Of a stretch of 64,000 bases of DNA, positions 1-13,733 are shown piece after piece (the first letter of the stretch is position 1; the number at the start of each line of letters is the position of its first letter). The notes beneath the pieces were generated by a model. It was not told where the DNA came from and did not search any database. It saw only the letters and a program-made list of their open reading frames with translations. Both the position numbers and the translations under genes were made by a program. Origin of the DNA: Hydrolagus colliei (lineage: Eukaryota); the NCBI GenBank assembly GCA_035084275.1, contig CM068743.1, positions 44,206,001-44,270,000 on the forward strand, given 5' to 3'.

Positions 1-2399
1 ACTCAATTGGAATGACTGCAAATGAAACATTTGCTGAAATGTTATCGCTTCCCAAAGTTAGCTAAGGACCTGAATGAATTGAAATATGATTTTTAAGAAC
101 ATTTTAAGTTGCTGAGCATGTTCATTGATAATTCCTTTTGTTTGAATAAAACAAAGGCATACAAAACGATTGTCACAACACGCTTACCACACGTCTAGCT
201 TGGGAGGGGTGAGGGATGGGGTGCCATCAAGAAAGACACGTGGGAGTGTGATGCACACATCAGGGTCGATTGCCAGCTGTAAATGAGTAGCCGTAAGTAG
301 CCATAATAACAGAATCGAGTTTAAAGTAGTCACAACAAAATCAGGATAACTATTTGATTTCTAATAATCAATTTAATTTTCATCACCCTATACCTGGAAC
401 TTATATAAAACTGCAAGTATCAAAAAGTGATTTTTTTTCATCTGACTACATGTGATATAACTAAGATTTGTACAAAATACATATATTCTATTTAATTGAA
501 AAAACTTGACAAAAATGATGTTCTGGGTGTTAATTGAGATCTTGTTGTAGTCTCATAGTATTGTGTTCCTTTGCGTTGATATTTATGCACAGAGCTCTAT
601 TAAATATTCTTGAATTAGTTAGATTTTAAACAAGAAACAGCAAGATTGTGGGTATCATGTCACCAAGACATCTAAAAACACTGCAGAATATACTGTGAAG
701 TGGATTGACTGTGTATTTTGGGGGCAAAAGCTTCACTGAATAATGTAAAACTGAGTCATGTAGATCTGACCCTGGTTTGATTGGCACTCAGCTGAGTTTG
801 TTGATGCCATCTGGAGTAGTGGTAAGTCTCGATATATCTGAGCTAGAGAGGGGAAAAACAGATGGTATTCCTGTTTTTGTTTGCTCCCCAATTGCCATTG
901 CTGAAACGTGAATGCTTATATGTTGGGTGAGGATAAAATCAGCTTGGATTGCGCTTTCCACATAGTGGAATTGCCTATCACCATTTACTCACACACAGTG
1001 AACAACCAGTAGAATCAAAGAATTGAAAGAGGAAGAGACAAAGGTTGCTTTGCGTCTGAACAGCTTAATGGGTGGGAGTCTAATTCACTGGTTTGCTTCA
1101 ATTTGATGTAAAAGTCACACAGACCAGTGCATGTTTTTGGGTGTAATGGAGCTAAAAAGTAATCAATCTGTCGTACTTCTGTAGCTAATTGTGAAGCTCT
1201 AATGAAGTATGGGCTTTAATTCAAATGTTTTCAATGACAATTCTGTTAATGGGCAAAAAATGTGATTTGTATGAGTTCTACATTACATTCTACATTAATA
1301 GCTACATAAAATAATCCATTATATTTCATTGTAACATTGATGCTCTCTACTTTCGTGTGCGGCTTTAACAATCCTCTTGCATTCAGCAAATTCTGATTTT
1401 TTTCAAACATTTTTGCTGTAGAGTGATATTTTATGATTGTAAAACATTTGTTCAGTTACACTTCAATGATTGACTAATACATTAATATGTGTAATAAATA
1501 GACTCCCAACCTAAACAGCTGTTTAATTCCCATATTTAAATGTTATGTTTTGGAGCCAGAGCAGTTTAGTTTTCAGCACTGATAAAAGACAAAAGCCAGG
1601 ATATTCTTTTTTACTTTCAATTCAAGTAGCTGCCCTCTTACTGCCCTTCAGATTAGTTAAACATTTCAAGGAAATATTTAACTAATCTGAACAATGAATG
1701 TATAGGTATACAAGATGTGAACATGTTGACTTAGTGTACTTAGTTGGAACTTCAGTTTATTGTATATTCAGAGAGTCCCAATCAATACACTCTTAACAAC
1801 TCAGTCAACACCAAACTCCCCTTTCTGCAAAAACAACTTCCTTTGTCATCTCTCCTTTCTTTCATAATGTCTGTGGCATACACTTGTGCAATTTCAAAGT
1901 GTTTTCAACCTTTTTTTATGTGATTGATGCCACTACAAATGCACTCTGTTACTATTCATTGGGTACATAGTGGGAATCAAGGTCCTTTACCCCAAGTACA
2001 CTTTAACCTTGATCGACAACAATAATGTTGTTGAGTGGCACATTTAAGTGCCCAAGACAGAATTAAATGGAAATCATTTGTGACTAGCACATTATTTTTC
2101 CAATTGAATTCTGTTTACCTGTACATATCCACAGAATCAATTGATAAAACATACAAACAAGTCTGCCTTGCACGAGGGGCAATATATAACTGCAAGTTGT
2201 TGAGTGATAAATGTGATATTTTTCATTCTTCTAAAACTATGATCCAAAACAAAGTTTAAATATTGATTGATATATAATCCTTACATGTGATAGCAAGCTT
2301 TTCATTTTTTTCATAACTGAATCACTGATATCACAGATTATTTTTCCACCAAAAACAATATAATGTTTTCGCCTGATCCAGCCAAAGTTTGTTTACAGT

Positions 2400-2700
2400 C
2401 TTGAAAGATGACTCAGAGATATATAAAATTGTAAATAGGATTGAAAATTAAACCCAGAACAAAACTTTAGGATGAACAAAGACAGTGGAACAAAATGACA
2501 TGGGTTTGAGTTGCAAAAGGGCAATTTCAGGACAGATACCAGGACATTTTCCTTTACTAAGAGGTAAATTAACAATTGGCAATTAAACTATCCAGGCAAT
2601 TAACAATAGCCTGCACAGGTGTTTGAGACTGGGACACTGGATTCATCTAAAAAGCAGCTGGACACATTGAAGTGGCGGCTGATCAGATGGTTTGAAAGTA
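2400..2700 (+). mobile_element. Old CR1/L3-type 3' fragment (related minus copies ~27590-27860, ~33345-33440)
   Basis: Degraded EIYKIVN...HGFELQKGQFRTDTR...KKQLD C-terminal CR1 ORF2 pattern. Confidence 0.7.
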
Positions 2701-2940
2701 ATTCATCAACTAAACTACTGTATTATTGTAACTATCCTTGTTGTTGCTGCCCATGGAGCATATAAAGTGATATAACAAGAATAATCCTAAATGTGATATA
2801 GCGCCTTTCACATTGGAAAGACATGCCAAAGTGTGTATTGATAACTATATCAGCAGTGTTTCACAGGATATCTGCTTAACTGTTACTAATTCTGAAAAAT
2901 GTTACAATTTGGGGGATTCTATAATATTTTCGCAGTTAAC

Positions 2941-3090
2941 CAGGAATGACTGAAAGAATTGCAATCAGTGTAGGAAGGAATGCTTTGCTGTCCATCACAG
3001 CTTATTTGAATGCCAATCAGCTGGAAAATCTGATGCTGTAACAGGAAGATGAAATCAACTAGGATAAAAGATTGTCTTCCATCCCTGTAC
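2941..3090 (-). pseudogene. Exon (150 nt, phase 2 to 2), open frame
   Basis: tttgctttctcttgtctgcccccaaatcag|G TAC; YRDGRQSFILVDFIFLLQHQIFQLIGIQISCDGQQSIPSYTDCNSFSHS; phase matches preceding exon; donor gttaac is weak. Confidence 0.55.
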
Positions 3091-3311
3091 CTGATTTGGG
3101 GGCAGACAAGAGAAAGCAAAATATTTCTTCAGACTGTAGGTGGTGCTGTGCAATAAGTCACTGATTATTATTTTGATACAGATTTCTCACCTCTTAACAG
3201 TTACGGTATTTAAATCAATCATATAGGCTCAAAAGAGAGAGAAAGCGCTATACAGTCTATTTACCACAGTTGCAAAAAGAATGAGCAGTGCAAATGCCAA
3301 CTTCCATTTAC

Positions 3312-3543
3312 CAAATAATTCCCATCTCACGGTCGCCATTGCAAATCGGCATTTCAGGAATTAAGTTTTGTAGCACTTTGCCTTCTGCCATTGTGCGTAA
3401 GTCTGGATTCTCAGATCAGATTTGGGGCAATATTGCATCCAGTGGGATTGACATGCCCCAATTGAAGGCAACAACAACATATCCGCCAATTGGCTTCAGG
3501 TCACATAATTGTGCAGTGGATGGTGAACTGTTCACTTCCAATC
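3312..3543 (-). pseudogene. Pseudo-exon (232 nt, phase 1 to 2)
   Basis: tttacttatttgcag|GA...ATTTG|gtaaat; LEVNSSPSTAQLCDLKPIGGYVVVAFNWGMSIPLDAILPQI*SENPDLRTMAEGKVLQNLIPEMPICNGDREMGII(W); single TGA. Confidence 0.65.
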
Positions 3544-3748
3544 CTGCAAATAAGTAAAGACAGCTTTGGATCACATTTCATGAGAGCACACACTGTGTTT
3601 GTCACCCATTGTTGTTGTGGTACTCAACAAAGACTATGAGACCACTGGACATATTAATTTTGTGCTATGATATTATTGAACTCTGTTCTATACTATCCAA
3701 AAATCTGAGACCAATGACCTCTCCACTCTCTGAACCTATAATACTAAA

Positions 3749-4556
3749 AATAATAATTCTTGCATTATTGTACCTTATTGTGTCTTTGAGATGGCTCAAA
3801 TTGCTTCACAGAATATACAGTGGGCAAAACACATCAGCCAGTTGTACACAGCAGTGTCTCACAAAAAGTGATGGAATGAGTGTTCAAATGATGATTATTT
3901 TTTGTACGGATTATTGCCTTGAGAAAAGCGAACCGCCAATCGACTATCAACCTGGTTTCTACTACTGCTAGGTAAACAGGTGTAAGGAAACTTGCCTAAT
4001 GTTTTGTCTGCCTTGGAATTAAACCCAGGTTCTCTCACCTGGAGGGAAGTGCTCTAACACATACACTACAGATCTCCACCCCTCGGTTGCATTGGCTCCC
4101 CATTCCAAGTAGATCAAGGTCAAGATTCTCATTCTGACCTGTAAATTCCTCCATTCTTTCACCCCACCCTACCTCAGCAAACTTCTTCAACCCTAATGGC
4201 CAGGTCCCTCCCTTCACTCAGGTCTGCTTCATGTTCCCTGCTCTTGTGTCTGCCCTACTATTAATGATAATAATCCTTGGATTTGATATAACACTTTTCA
4301 TGTATTCTAGACATCTCAAAGTGCTTCACAGAATATACTGTTAAGGGAATTAACTGTATATAGGTGGGCAAAATGTGGCAGTCAATTGCACACAGTAGTA
4401 TCCCACAGACAGTTGTGGATTGAAATGACCAGTTTATTTTTATTATTATCATGCATGTGGAATAAGGAAATTTGCCCAGGCTTTCATTCTACCTGGAATT
4501 GAACCCAGGTCCCTCGCTTATAAGCAAGTGTTTTCATCACTAAGCTATAGGACTTT
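3749..4556 (-). mobile_element. Two degraded tRNA-SINE copies (~3749-4075 long form; ~4262-4556 short form)
   Basis: Family tail and tRNA-like heads recognisable. Confidence 0.7.
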
Positions 4557-4951
4557 GTCATAGGTGGACATTTAGCCTTTCTACCCACACTACCTGAAAC
4601 TTGGTCATACAGTCCCTCTGATTCACTCTCTCTTCCTCTCCTTCCCTCCCCTCTTTCAAGGCACATCTCAAATTGTACCACATAGATATTGCACATTTTG
4701 ATCATCTTTCCCTTCCCCACTTCCCTCAACCCCTATTGTCAGATTGGGTGCCCATCTAGTTTTCTGAATGTATTTTCAGTTGTCCCTTCAATAGAAAAGG
4801 CTCTATACAACTAAAAATTGTATTGAAATGTTTGTTGCAATTCAGTGATAATCGGAAATATCTTCAATCATCATAATTTTATTTTCAGATTATTCACTAA
4901 AATTGCTGCCTAGAAAAAGATTTGTGTTTTTCAAAACTGATAAAATATCTA

Positions 4952-5447
4952 CTGTAAATACTCGCATATAAGGCCACTCACGTATAAGGCACCACCCCCC
5001 CCCCCCCCCCACCAGTTTTGACCTATTCTTGGTGAAAAAAAACGGAAGCATTTTCGATGATATTGCCGGCAGAAGGGAGGGAGGCAGGAGAGACAGGTAA
5101 GGAGGGAGAGAGGGAGGCAGGCAGGCAGGGAGGGAGAGAGGGAGGCAGGGAGGCAGGCGAGGAAGGGAGGCAGGCAGACTGGGTCGGCAGAAGGCAGGCA
5201 GAAGGCTCATCACTGAAGTCCGCTGCTGCTGCCGCTGCCCGGGCGGCCGAGGCCGAAGCCCCATCACTCGCTCCCCCACAACCCCCGCTGGACACTGACC
5301 AAACCCCGGCTGACAGCGCCGGCCGCCCCTCCTGTTTACTGTATTTCCGAGGCTCAAAATTTCTTGTACCTGCGTATAGGGCGCACCCCCAACTTTTGAG
5401 ATCTTCCGACGTGAAAAAAAGTGTGCCTTATACGCGGAGATTTACAG
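4952..5447. mobile_element. Tc1/mariner-superfamily MITE (Tc2/pogo-like TIRs)
   Basis: TIRs ctgtaaatactcgcatataagg / ccttatacgcggagatttacag; TA on both sides (4950-51, 5448-49); GA-rich interior. Confidence 0.85.
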
Positions 5448-5516
5448 TAGTCAAAATCTAGTGCTGCATGCAAGATATCACTCTTCTGCTTACCTTATAG
5501 TTTCTCAACCAGAGAC

Positions 5517-6195
5517 TAGGGTCCGTCGATATGGAAATTTTCCGATTTAGATATATCGATGGGCTCATATCGAGATATACTGAAATATCGATATTTTGGG
5601 GGTTTTCGAACTGCACATGCGCGCACGGCGCGCGCATTCGGAGTGCGCACGCATTCTGGTGAGCGCGCATTCAGGGCCTATCTCCTCAGGAGGTAAATAT
5701 CTTTCTCTCTCTGTGTCTCTCACTCTCTCCATCTCTCTCCCACCCCATGCCGTCTCTCTCCCCCTCACCCCTCCCCCAGCCATCTCTCCCCTCCATCCCC
5801 TCCCCCCAGCCATCTCTCTCCCCCTCCCCTCCCCCCCCCCGCCATCTCTCTCCCCCCCACTCACCCCCCCCAGCCGTCTCTCTCCCCCTCACCCCTCCCC
5901 CAGCCATCTCCCCCCCCCCCCCCCCCAGCCATCTCTCTCCCCCCCCCGCCGTCTCTCTCCCCCCCAACACCCCTTGCATACCTGTATATTGTATTTGAGG
6001 ACTATGAATACAATATGGTGGCTTTGCACCTCGGTCTTTGCATTGTTTATAGAGATGAGCATTCTGGGTCTTGTAGTTCAGTGTGCGCGAATTCTGATTT
6101 TTTCCCTCGATATATCGATTTTTCAATAAATCGATATTATCGATATGAAAATTATATCGGGTTTTAGCAATATATCGATATATCACCGGACCCTA
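5517..6195. mobile_element. Non-autonomous hAT element
   Basis: TIR tagggtccg / cggacccta; perfect 8-bp TSD ccagagac (5509-5516, 6196-6203); subterminal ATCGAT repeats; internal C-rich minisatellite. Confidence 0.93.
5730..5960. repeat. C-rich ~30-bp minisatellite inside the hAT MITE
   Basis: Repeated cagccatctctctccccctcacccctcccc units. Confidence 0.85.
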
Positions 6196-6892
6196 CCAGA
6201 GACAAAGATAAATTCATCTTTTATTATGACTATTATAAATAGTCAATCAAACCATTTCCTCCTGACGTGAAAGGCACTATACAAGTGTAATTTTGTTGTT
6301 GTTGTTGTTCTTAAAGAATGAGCTCATATCAATGAAGAGATGTGAATGATGCTACACTGTACTTGAAAGTCTTGTTTACCAATCACTAAAAATGATGTGA
6401 TTTTGTAACAATAAATCAGTCAAGTTTCAGTAAATTGCCTTATCTGATGAGGAAGTCGAGTTTTTGTTCAGAATACAGCTCAGAATTGTCCATTTTTCAT
6501 AGATACTGCCTGACGTGCTGAGTGTTTCCAGCGACTTCTGTTTTTGTTTTAGAATTCTCCTGAATTAGTAATCTTAGGCCAGTATAGAAATGGTAAAAAC
6601 AGGCACTTTATTCTATTAGGGCACTATTTTTTAGAACTTCCACATCAGTGAACCAAGCTACAAAAGTAAAAAATGTAATATAATAGTAATATTCTTCATA
6701 TAGTCCCTTTTCATGTTTTTCAAAAGTTTTACTGCAAATTTTAGTGTCTGTGTAGTTGACAGCATTTAAAAAATAATTATCAATGCAAATCTCAAACCAG
6801 AAGTTACTATTATCTCAATCATGTGAATTATACAAACATGAAATGGCTGTTAGCAACTGAAGAATTAACCACAACAAAATCATGTTTGTAAA

Positions 6893-7515
6893 GTGCCATT
6901 CCCATTGGGAGGGTGTCCCAAGACACTGAACAGTTGGGGATTGGGACCCGAGTATTGGGTGGGTGGACAGTGGGGTTGCAGGGTTGAAATAAAAAGTGCA
7001 TGGTCGAAAACTAGGCTCTTGCATCATGCCATGAAAGAAGCCAGTGAGGGAGGAAGGGGAAGGAACTGTGGGATGGAGTTCCAAAGGGTAGAGGCAGAGA
7101 GACAAGAAGCCCAGCTGCGGTTGGTAGGGTGGATTGGGCAGGAGATATGGAATAGGCTGAATCTTGCTGAACGGAGAGAGCAGACAGGCTTATAGGAAGT
7201 CAACAGGTCAGAAAGGTAGGAGGGGGCAAGTCTGTGGAGAGACTTAAAAGTGAGGATAACGATTTTGAGTTCTATCCTTTGAGAAATGGGGAGCCACTTG
7301 AGCCAGGGAATGGTGGGGGTAATGGCATCAGGGAGCCTGTTGTGGTAGAAGACATGACCTGCAGAGATTTGAATGAATTGTAGCTTGTAGAGTTGGAGAG
7401 GCTGACAAGGAGTTTCCGTAGACGAGCTTTGAGATGACTAATGTGGGTATGAGGGTTTGGGCGGCCTGAAGGGTGAGGCAGCGAATGAGTCGAGCAATGC
7501 TGCTGAAGTAGGGAA
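6893..7515 (-). mobile_element. L2 LINE 3' fragment (degraded)
   Basis: IARL...QAAQTLIPTLVISKLVYGNSL; same 3' end as the 37.5-kb L2. Confidence 0.85.
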
Positions 7516-7519
7516 AGGC

Positions 7520-8578
7520 AACAACAACAAAAAGATTACATTTGTATAGCACCTTTCACATCGGGATGACATCCCAAGGCGCTGGTAATGCAAATGTTTC
7601 AGACCTGAGCTGGGTCAGGATCAGGAAGGGTGAAGGGCAAGGAAAGAATTTGGGGTGACCAATGGGATGGTCAAAGATGGTCTTCAGGCAGGACTTGAAG
7701 GAGGCTAGGGAGGGGAATAGGTGGAGGCACTGCAGGATGGAATTCCAGAGGTTAGGGGCAAAGTGGCTGAAGGCTCGCTCACTGATGCTGGGATGGATGG
7801 GTCAAGGGACATGGAGCAGGCTGGAGCCCGCTGAGTGGAGGGGCAAGCAGGTTAGTAGGGGATTAGGAGGACGTGGTGGTAGGGTGGGGAAGGCCATTGA
7901 GGACTTTGAAGGTGAGGACCAGGATCTTGAATTGAATCCTCTGGGTGATGGGGAGCCAATGGAGTCGGGCGAGAATGGGGGAGATGGTGTCACGGAGCTC
8001 GGTGAGAGAGAGGGCATGGGCCACTTAATTCTGGATGATCTGCAGCCTATGGAGGGAGGTGTTGGGAAGATTGACAAGCAGGGCATTGGCATAATCAAAC
8101 TGGATATGATGAAGACATTAATGAGAGTTTTAGCCACCTGAAGGGTAGATGTAGTGGTGGAATCAGTGAGGGAAGGCAGAGCAGGCCATCGTTTGGATGT
8201 GGGAGAGGAAAGACAGTTGAGGATCGAACAAGATATCCAGGTTCCTGACTGGCTTGGTGGGGTGGAGTGTGCATCCATGGAGATTGATGCTGCGAGTTCC
8301 TGAGGTGTAAAGGTGCTTCCAGGAGCCCATCAGGAGGGCTTTGGTCTTGATGACGTTTAGCTGTAGAAAATTTGTTTCCATCCAGAACTTGATGTCTGAC
8401 AGGCAGTCCGTCAGGATGTTGTTTGCCCTGGAATTGAGGTGGAAGTAGAGAGATAGAGTAGGGTGTCATCCACGCACATGTGGAAGTTGATCGACCCTAG
8501 GTCTGTCGATAATATCATTAAGTGGGAGCATGTAGAGGTTGAAGAGGAGGGGACCGAGGGTAGAGCCCTGAGGAAGTC
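7520..8578 (-). mobile_element. L2 LINE fragment (degraded)
   Basis: PQGSTLGPLLFNLYMLPL, NFLQLNVIKTKALL, VRNLDILFD; (caa)n tail at ~7520. Confidence 0.9.
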
Positions 8579-11114
8579 TGCCCAAGATAAAGGTTAAAAT
8601 TAAGAACTTCCTGAGAGTGGAATGATTAAATGTAGCATGGATCTGTAGAGAGCAGGAAAGCCTCCTATTTGGCCTCATTGTTCCTAGGCTTGGAAGTGGA
8701 ACATTTAGCCAGGGTTCCCAAGATGATCATTTCCTCACTGTGGATGATTGATTGGTAGATTGTTGGGCTAAGCTGGGGTACCCCCCATGGTGGAATAGCC
8801 CAGCTCCAATGATGAAGTCCACTCACACGTGAAGAATGTCTGAATCTCGGAGGTCACTGGTGCCCATAAAACTGCACCACAGCAAGACTGAAAAGCTTGA
8901 AGGGGAAAAAAAGAGAGAAAACATTTAAGAAATGTAGGTTCAGTGTGAAGTTGTTTAATCTGAATGGAGCTCACTGACCTCGGCTGGTTTATTCATCAAT
9001 CATTATAAATGCATTCTGTACAACGTGCGTGACCCGGTGAGTGAATGATTATAATTTCTACTCAGTGATTGATGACTGATCAGAAGTGGCTTGCACCAGC
9101 CATAAGAATCTGACAAATCTGAATTGCCCAATGTACCTGGTATAACATAAAATAATTAACAGATGTCCTTTTCAATTTTACATTCATCTTTTATCCTCGC
9201 ATCATATTACTGACAGATTACAAGCTCTGATGTACAGGATAGAAAGCAAAGGATGAAGCATTGGATTACCACATGCTGGGTGCGGTTCATCTACTGCCTG
9301 TGTATCCTTATACAGCTACATACTTATCGTATGCAGCTTTATCTTTCTCACAGTGTCAGCTTTCAAGATATAAAATAGTCAGGATAGTGCTTGCTTCCAA
9401 ATGAGTTCACATCTAGAGATCATCTTTGTTCTTCATAAACTTCTGAAAAGATTATTTGAGTCTAATCTACAATACCTCTGAATTGAATTCCCTAACACGT
9501 AATCCCAATTGCACTTCATCCTTTAACCGGAAGCATGTCAAGGTAATCCATTGCAAATCTGCTGTGATACTTTCTACTCCTGGAGATGATTACCTGAGGC
9601 TTAACAGCAATTCTAATTCAATTTTGTATTCAGAAATTTGGATAATTCATCAAATTTTGCAAGAAATATAGCAATAAGTGACACTCCTCCCTCTAATTGC
9701 AGCTAAATGATTTAGAGCTGTAGGATATTCCTTTAAGAAGTAAAAGACAATTAAGAAAGAGCCCCCAAAATAGAAGCACAAAAGTTAAAATGATGCTGGG
9801 AAGGGACACTGGACTTCTCATTGGAGTACGGAGAATAAAGGAGTTACTTCATACGTAAGTGTTGTGGATTTAGAATCATTACATGTATTGCATCATTGTG
9901 AAAAACATGTTTATAGAGTTTGTAAATTCTTGAAGAGGTATCAGGATTTGCGGGATTTTGGAGATTTTAGCCTAATTTAGCCTAACAATGAATATGAATC
10001 CAATCTTGCCAACGTTCCTTCTAAACTTGAAAAGTTAAAACTGTAAGAACAACAAATTGTGTTTGTAAAGCTCCTTTCCCATCAGGAGGATGTCCCAAGA
10101 TGTCGACAGTAAAGGATCTCTGCGTCATGAGGGGAGAGGTAGTCATAGAGGTGAGCAATGTGCGAAAAGGCAGAATGCAAAGTCCATGAACTGACGTTCA
10201 CGTTTCATAGTGAAATTTTATAATTTATAAGAAAGAATCACTTTCAATGTTGTCTTGAGGTTTTACCCTATGGTGTTTTCACATTATTGACAAGCACAGA
10301 GCCAATGAAAGCATGCTACATGCTTTTAATTCTGATTGTTACCATTTTGCCTAATGCAAATACATGGTGAATACTGCAGCTGGGAGTTTAGAGATGTTCA
10401 GTTAGATTTGTCTTTGCACTGTCATCACAGTAGTACAGGGTCTACAGTCTAATTGTAACTATAGTTATTTGTATTTTACAATTAAAAAAGCAGATTACAA
10501 AATATATACATTTTAGAATGTTTACTCTCAGCGATCCACAGTATCCCTCTTCCCTGGATATTTTTCCATAATATTTGCCTCCTGTTAAGGCGCACTGGGG
10601 TCCGAAATACCATCTGTCCAGTGCCTTGGGCTGTACTCCCAATCTGAAAGGCGCTATACAAATGTAATTTTGTTGTTGTTGTTGATTTTCAAAATTCACA
10701 TAAGAATTACAAAATTAGAAATCCTAGATGTGTTATGAGTAACTGACTGGAACTGACAGGAGTCAGACTGGAATTATTATATCAACTTTATGATAATAAT
10801 TATCCTTATATTTGATATCACATTTATGTATTGATTCAAAGCACTTCACAGGAATTACTGTCAAATTTACTGACAGTATTTTGTAGGAGAACCCTGAAGC
10901 TACTTTGTGCAGAGAAACAAGCCACATACACCATGAAGCAAAAGATCAAAATTATTTGGGAAATTGTTGGCCAGGAAAAAACTCGCTTCTCTTTAGCAAA
11001 AGTGCCATGGGATCTTCCACACATAGATGGAATCTAGTTTAACTTTTCATCTGAAGATCAGAACCTCCAACAAGGTAGCTCCCTCTCCCAACATTGAATT
11101 GAAGTGGCTGCCTA

Positions 11115-11925
11115 GAAGACACTGAACTCAATGTCATAGAAATCAACATTGCGTTGGACATTCGACAGGCTTGGTATCGATAAATATGGGATTTGTTGTG
11201 CTCCAATTTTGTCTGCAAGTCCTGCATATTGGACTCCATTATCAGAATGTTTTCAAAGCGTTTGGGAACATTTCCACAGTATTTTCCTCCTGTCTGGGCA
11301 CATTTTATTATATCTATTAATGTCCCTGTTAAGTGTTCACTGTGAAGTCTGCTGCCTCTTCCAAGTTGGTTACTTACATTTTACAAACTGCAGGTAGCAA
11401 GTGGCAACTGAGCTCCTATCTGTTAATCAGACAGATTTATCACCCTGATTTATTTTGTTATGCCTCTAAAGGCCAACGGGAGGAGAATTACCTCTGTATT
11501 TAGGTTTTATTAAAAATGCCAGGGTTTACAGCAAATCAGAAGTGCTACTATCACTGAATAAAAATAATACAGTGATCACACATCCGGACAAAATGTTCAA
11601 TAGCAATAATCAGCAGCACATGTACAGCTGGCATTACAGCAGGTGTCCTTGGCATCTATCCCATCTCTCTCAGTGCAGCCCACTGTGTTGTTAAAGGGTC
11701 TTATAACATCACCGTGCTCAGGCAAGCTTTGTCAGAGTACCACATCTTTCAGTTTCTGTGTGTTTTACCACAGGGCGGAATAGATTGTGTGTCTGATAAG
11801 TAAGCAGTACTGGTTTGGTAAACAGCCAAACAGTTGCTGAGCCCTTTTGAACTTCAACACCAACAATCAATACTATTTTAGCCATTTTCATTGCTGAAAG
11901 TTCAGTGGTAATGCTGGAAACAGCT
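11115..11925 (-). pseudogene. Decayed exon region with frameshifts
   Basis: Acceptor cttattttgtttccag; open stretches AVSSITTELSAMKMAKIVLIVGVEVQKGSATVWLFTKPVLLTYQTHNLFRPVVKH and NVSNQLGRGSRLHSEHLTGTLIDIIKCAQTGGKYCGNVPKRFENILIMESNMQDLQTKLEHNKSHIYRYQACR. Confidence 0.4.
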
Positions 11926-11978
11926 GGAAACAAAATAAGTTACAGCAGGCACAGAGAAACGATGAGTACAGTTAGTCC

Positions 11979-12351
11979 ATAATATTCCTTGCATTTGATA
12001 TAGCGTTTTTTCACATCTTCTAGATGTCTCAAAGCGCTTCACAGAATGTACTGTAAAGTGAATTGACTGTATATTTGTGGGGGAAACGTGACAGCCAATT
12101 GCACACAACAGTGTCCCACAAACAGTTATGGATTGAAATGACAAATTTATTATTGTGTTTTTTTTGGAGGGATTATTATTAGGTGTGTGGAGTAATGAAA
12201 CTTGCCTAAGGTTTTGCCCTGACCTGCCTGGATTAGAACATAGGTCTCACCCTTTCTTTAAGTGCTTTGAGACGCCGCCCGGCGTGGAGGGCGCTATATA
12301 AATCAAAGTTGTTGTTGTTGTTGCTCTAACCACTGAGCTACAGGACTCCAC
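11979..12351 (-). mobile_element. tRNA-derived SINE, short form, with L2 tail inserted in its head
   Basis: Same family; insert at ~12260-12323. Confidence 0.85.
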
Positions 12352-12539
12352 ATGCAGTATTGACAGGACAAATCAATAAGTCTATTCCCACAATGCTGAC
12401 AGCTGAACAGGGTAATTTAAAAACATAAGAAAAGAAAGAAGAGAAAAAGCCACTCTACTCACCAAAACCACACTCTTCACACAACAACAACTTGCATTTA
12501 TATATCACCCCCTCACAGACCAAGCAACGCCTCATCTTT

Positions 12540-13300
12540 CATGATCTTCACCCCACCTGCTTCACATTCTGGGAGAAAGTCCAAGATAGATACAATATTT
12601 TCTAATCGAGGAAAAGTTGCAGAACACATCTCCATCGTCACATCTACATTGGCAGGCAGATGTACAGCTATTCAGCCTCTCCTCTCTGGAACACCACCAT
12701 GGAGGCCCTTGACCTGGCCCCCTCCCATCAATGACAGCCCACCTCAATACACACCTCTTTAACAAGTCTGACATGCAAGAAATATTCACATCAGTTTCCC
12801 CACTCCACAGACAATTCTTCTCTTGAAAACCTGCAGACTGGCCAGAAGTACACCTTGTGTCCTTCCTGCAACATGCGTGAATACATCAGTCTATTCTCAA
12901 CCAGCTCCACTAGGTGCTCAGCAAAATAAGCACAAATTTTCATCCTAACCTGTAAATCGCTTCATGGTTTTGTCCCACACTACCTCTGTGACCCTCTGAA
13001 ACCTTACCAACCCTACTGCTCCATCCGCTCAGCAGGCGCAGACCTAGTTCACGCACTCTGCGCCTGACTTCACCATCAGCAACCAAGGATTTATCTAGTT
13101 GCCCCCACTCTCTGGAAATCCACCTGAGAGTTCCTGTGACTCATATCCTTCAAGCTCCCCACTTTAAGATCTTCCTCTTTGAGTCCATCTTCCCCCTACA
13201 CCCCCCAGCTCCCATCCCCAAGCTCAATCTCTAGCCTATCCAGTGCTGTGTGGTGTCCTCTCAATGTAAAAAGTGCAAAATGAATGTGCTATTGTGTTGT
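12540..13300 (+). mobile_element. Old L2 fragment
   Basis: C-rich degraded L2 ORF2 3' region ending in an L2-type tail. Confidence 0.65.
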
Positions 13301-13526
13301 TGATTTGCTGCCCCACCCCAGCAGCACAGAGATCATTGAATCCCACAAAACAGTATTTTTTTTAAGTTAGTGCTTACCAATATGTTTACCAAAAAGATTA
13401 TTTTCATCTCATATATTGGAAGAGTTGATTGATGTAAGATAATAATAATAATCCTTGCATTTGATATAGCGCCTTATCAGATCTTCGATACATCTCAAAG
13501 TATTTCATGATATGTTGCCAGGTTAC

Positions 13527-13733
13527 CCATTTAAGTGTTTGTTGTCCTCAAGCATGCTGGAAATGATCAAGATATGGAATCTTTAACCATATATTCAGTT
13601 GTGGGTATCTTGGTTCTTAGCTTTTCTTTTATTTACTAACAGTTTTTGCATGAACCCCACGAGAGCTCTCTACTCTAATTCCATGCTCCTTCTTAGTTGC
13701 ATTACTCAAATCATCCTTTGTCAGCCCTTCTTC
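13527..13733 (-). pseudogene. Pseudo-exon (207 nt, phase 0 to 0)
   Basis: tttatgattgttaacag|GAA...AAATGG|gtaacc; EEGLTKDDLSNATKKEHGIRVESSRGVHAKTVSK*KKS*EPRYPQLNIWLKIPYLDHFQHA*GQQTLKW; 3 stops. Confidence 0.55.

Noticed and set aside
4890-6186. Overlapping 83-177 aa Pro/Gly/Arg-rich ORFs
   Set aside because: Products of low-complexity MITE interiors; open in several frames on both strands.
11340-11380. NQLGRGSR as helicase motif VI, or naming the fossil gene (GREB1-like, dynein-like, CCDC162-like)
   Set aside because: Only fleeting short-motif resemblance; no corroborating motifs, so no gene symbol assigned.
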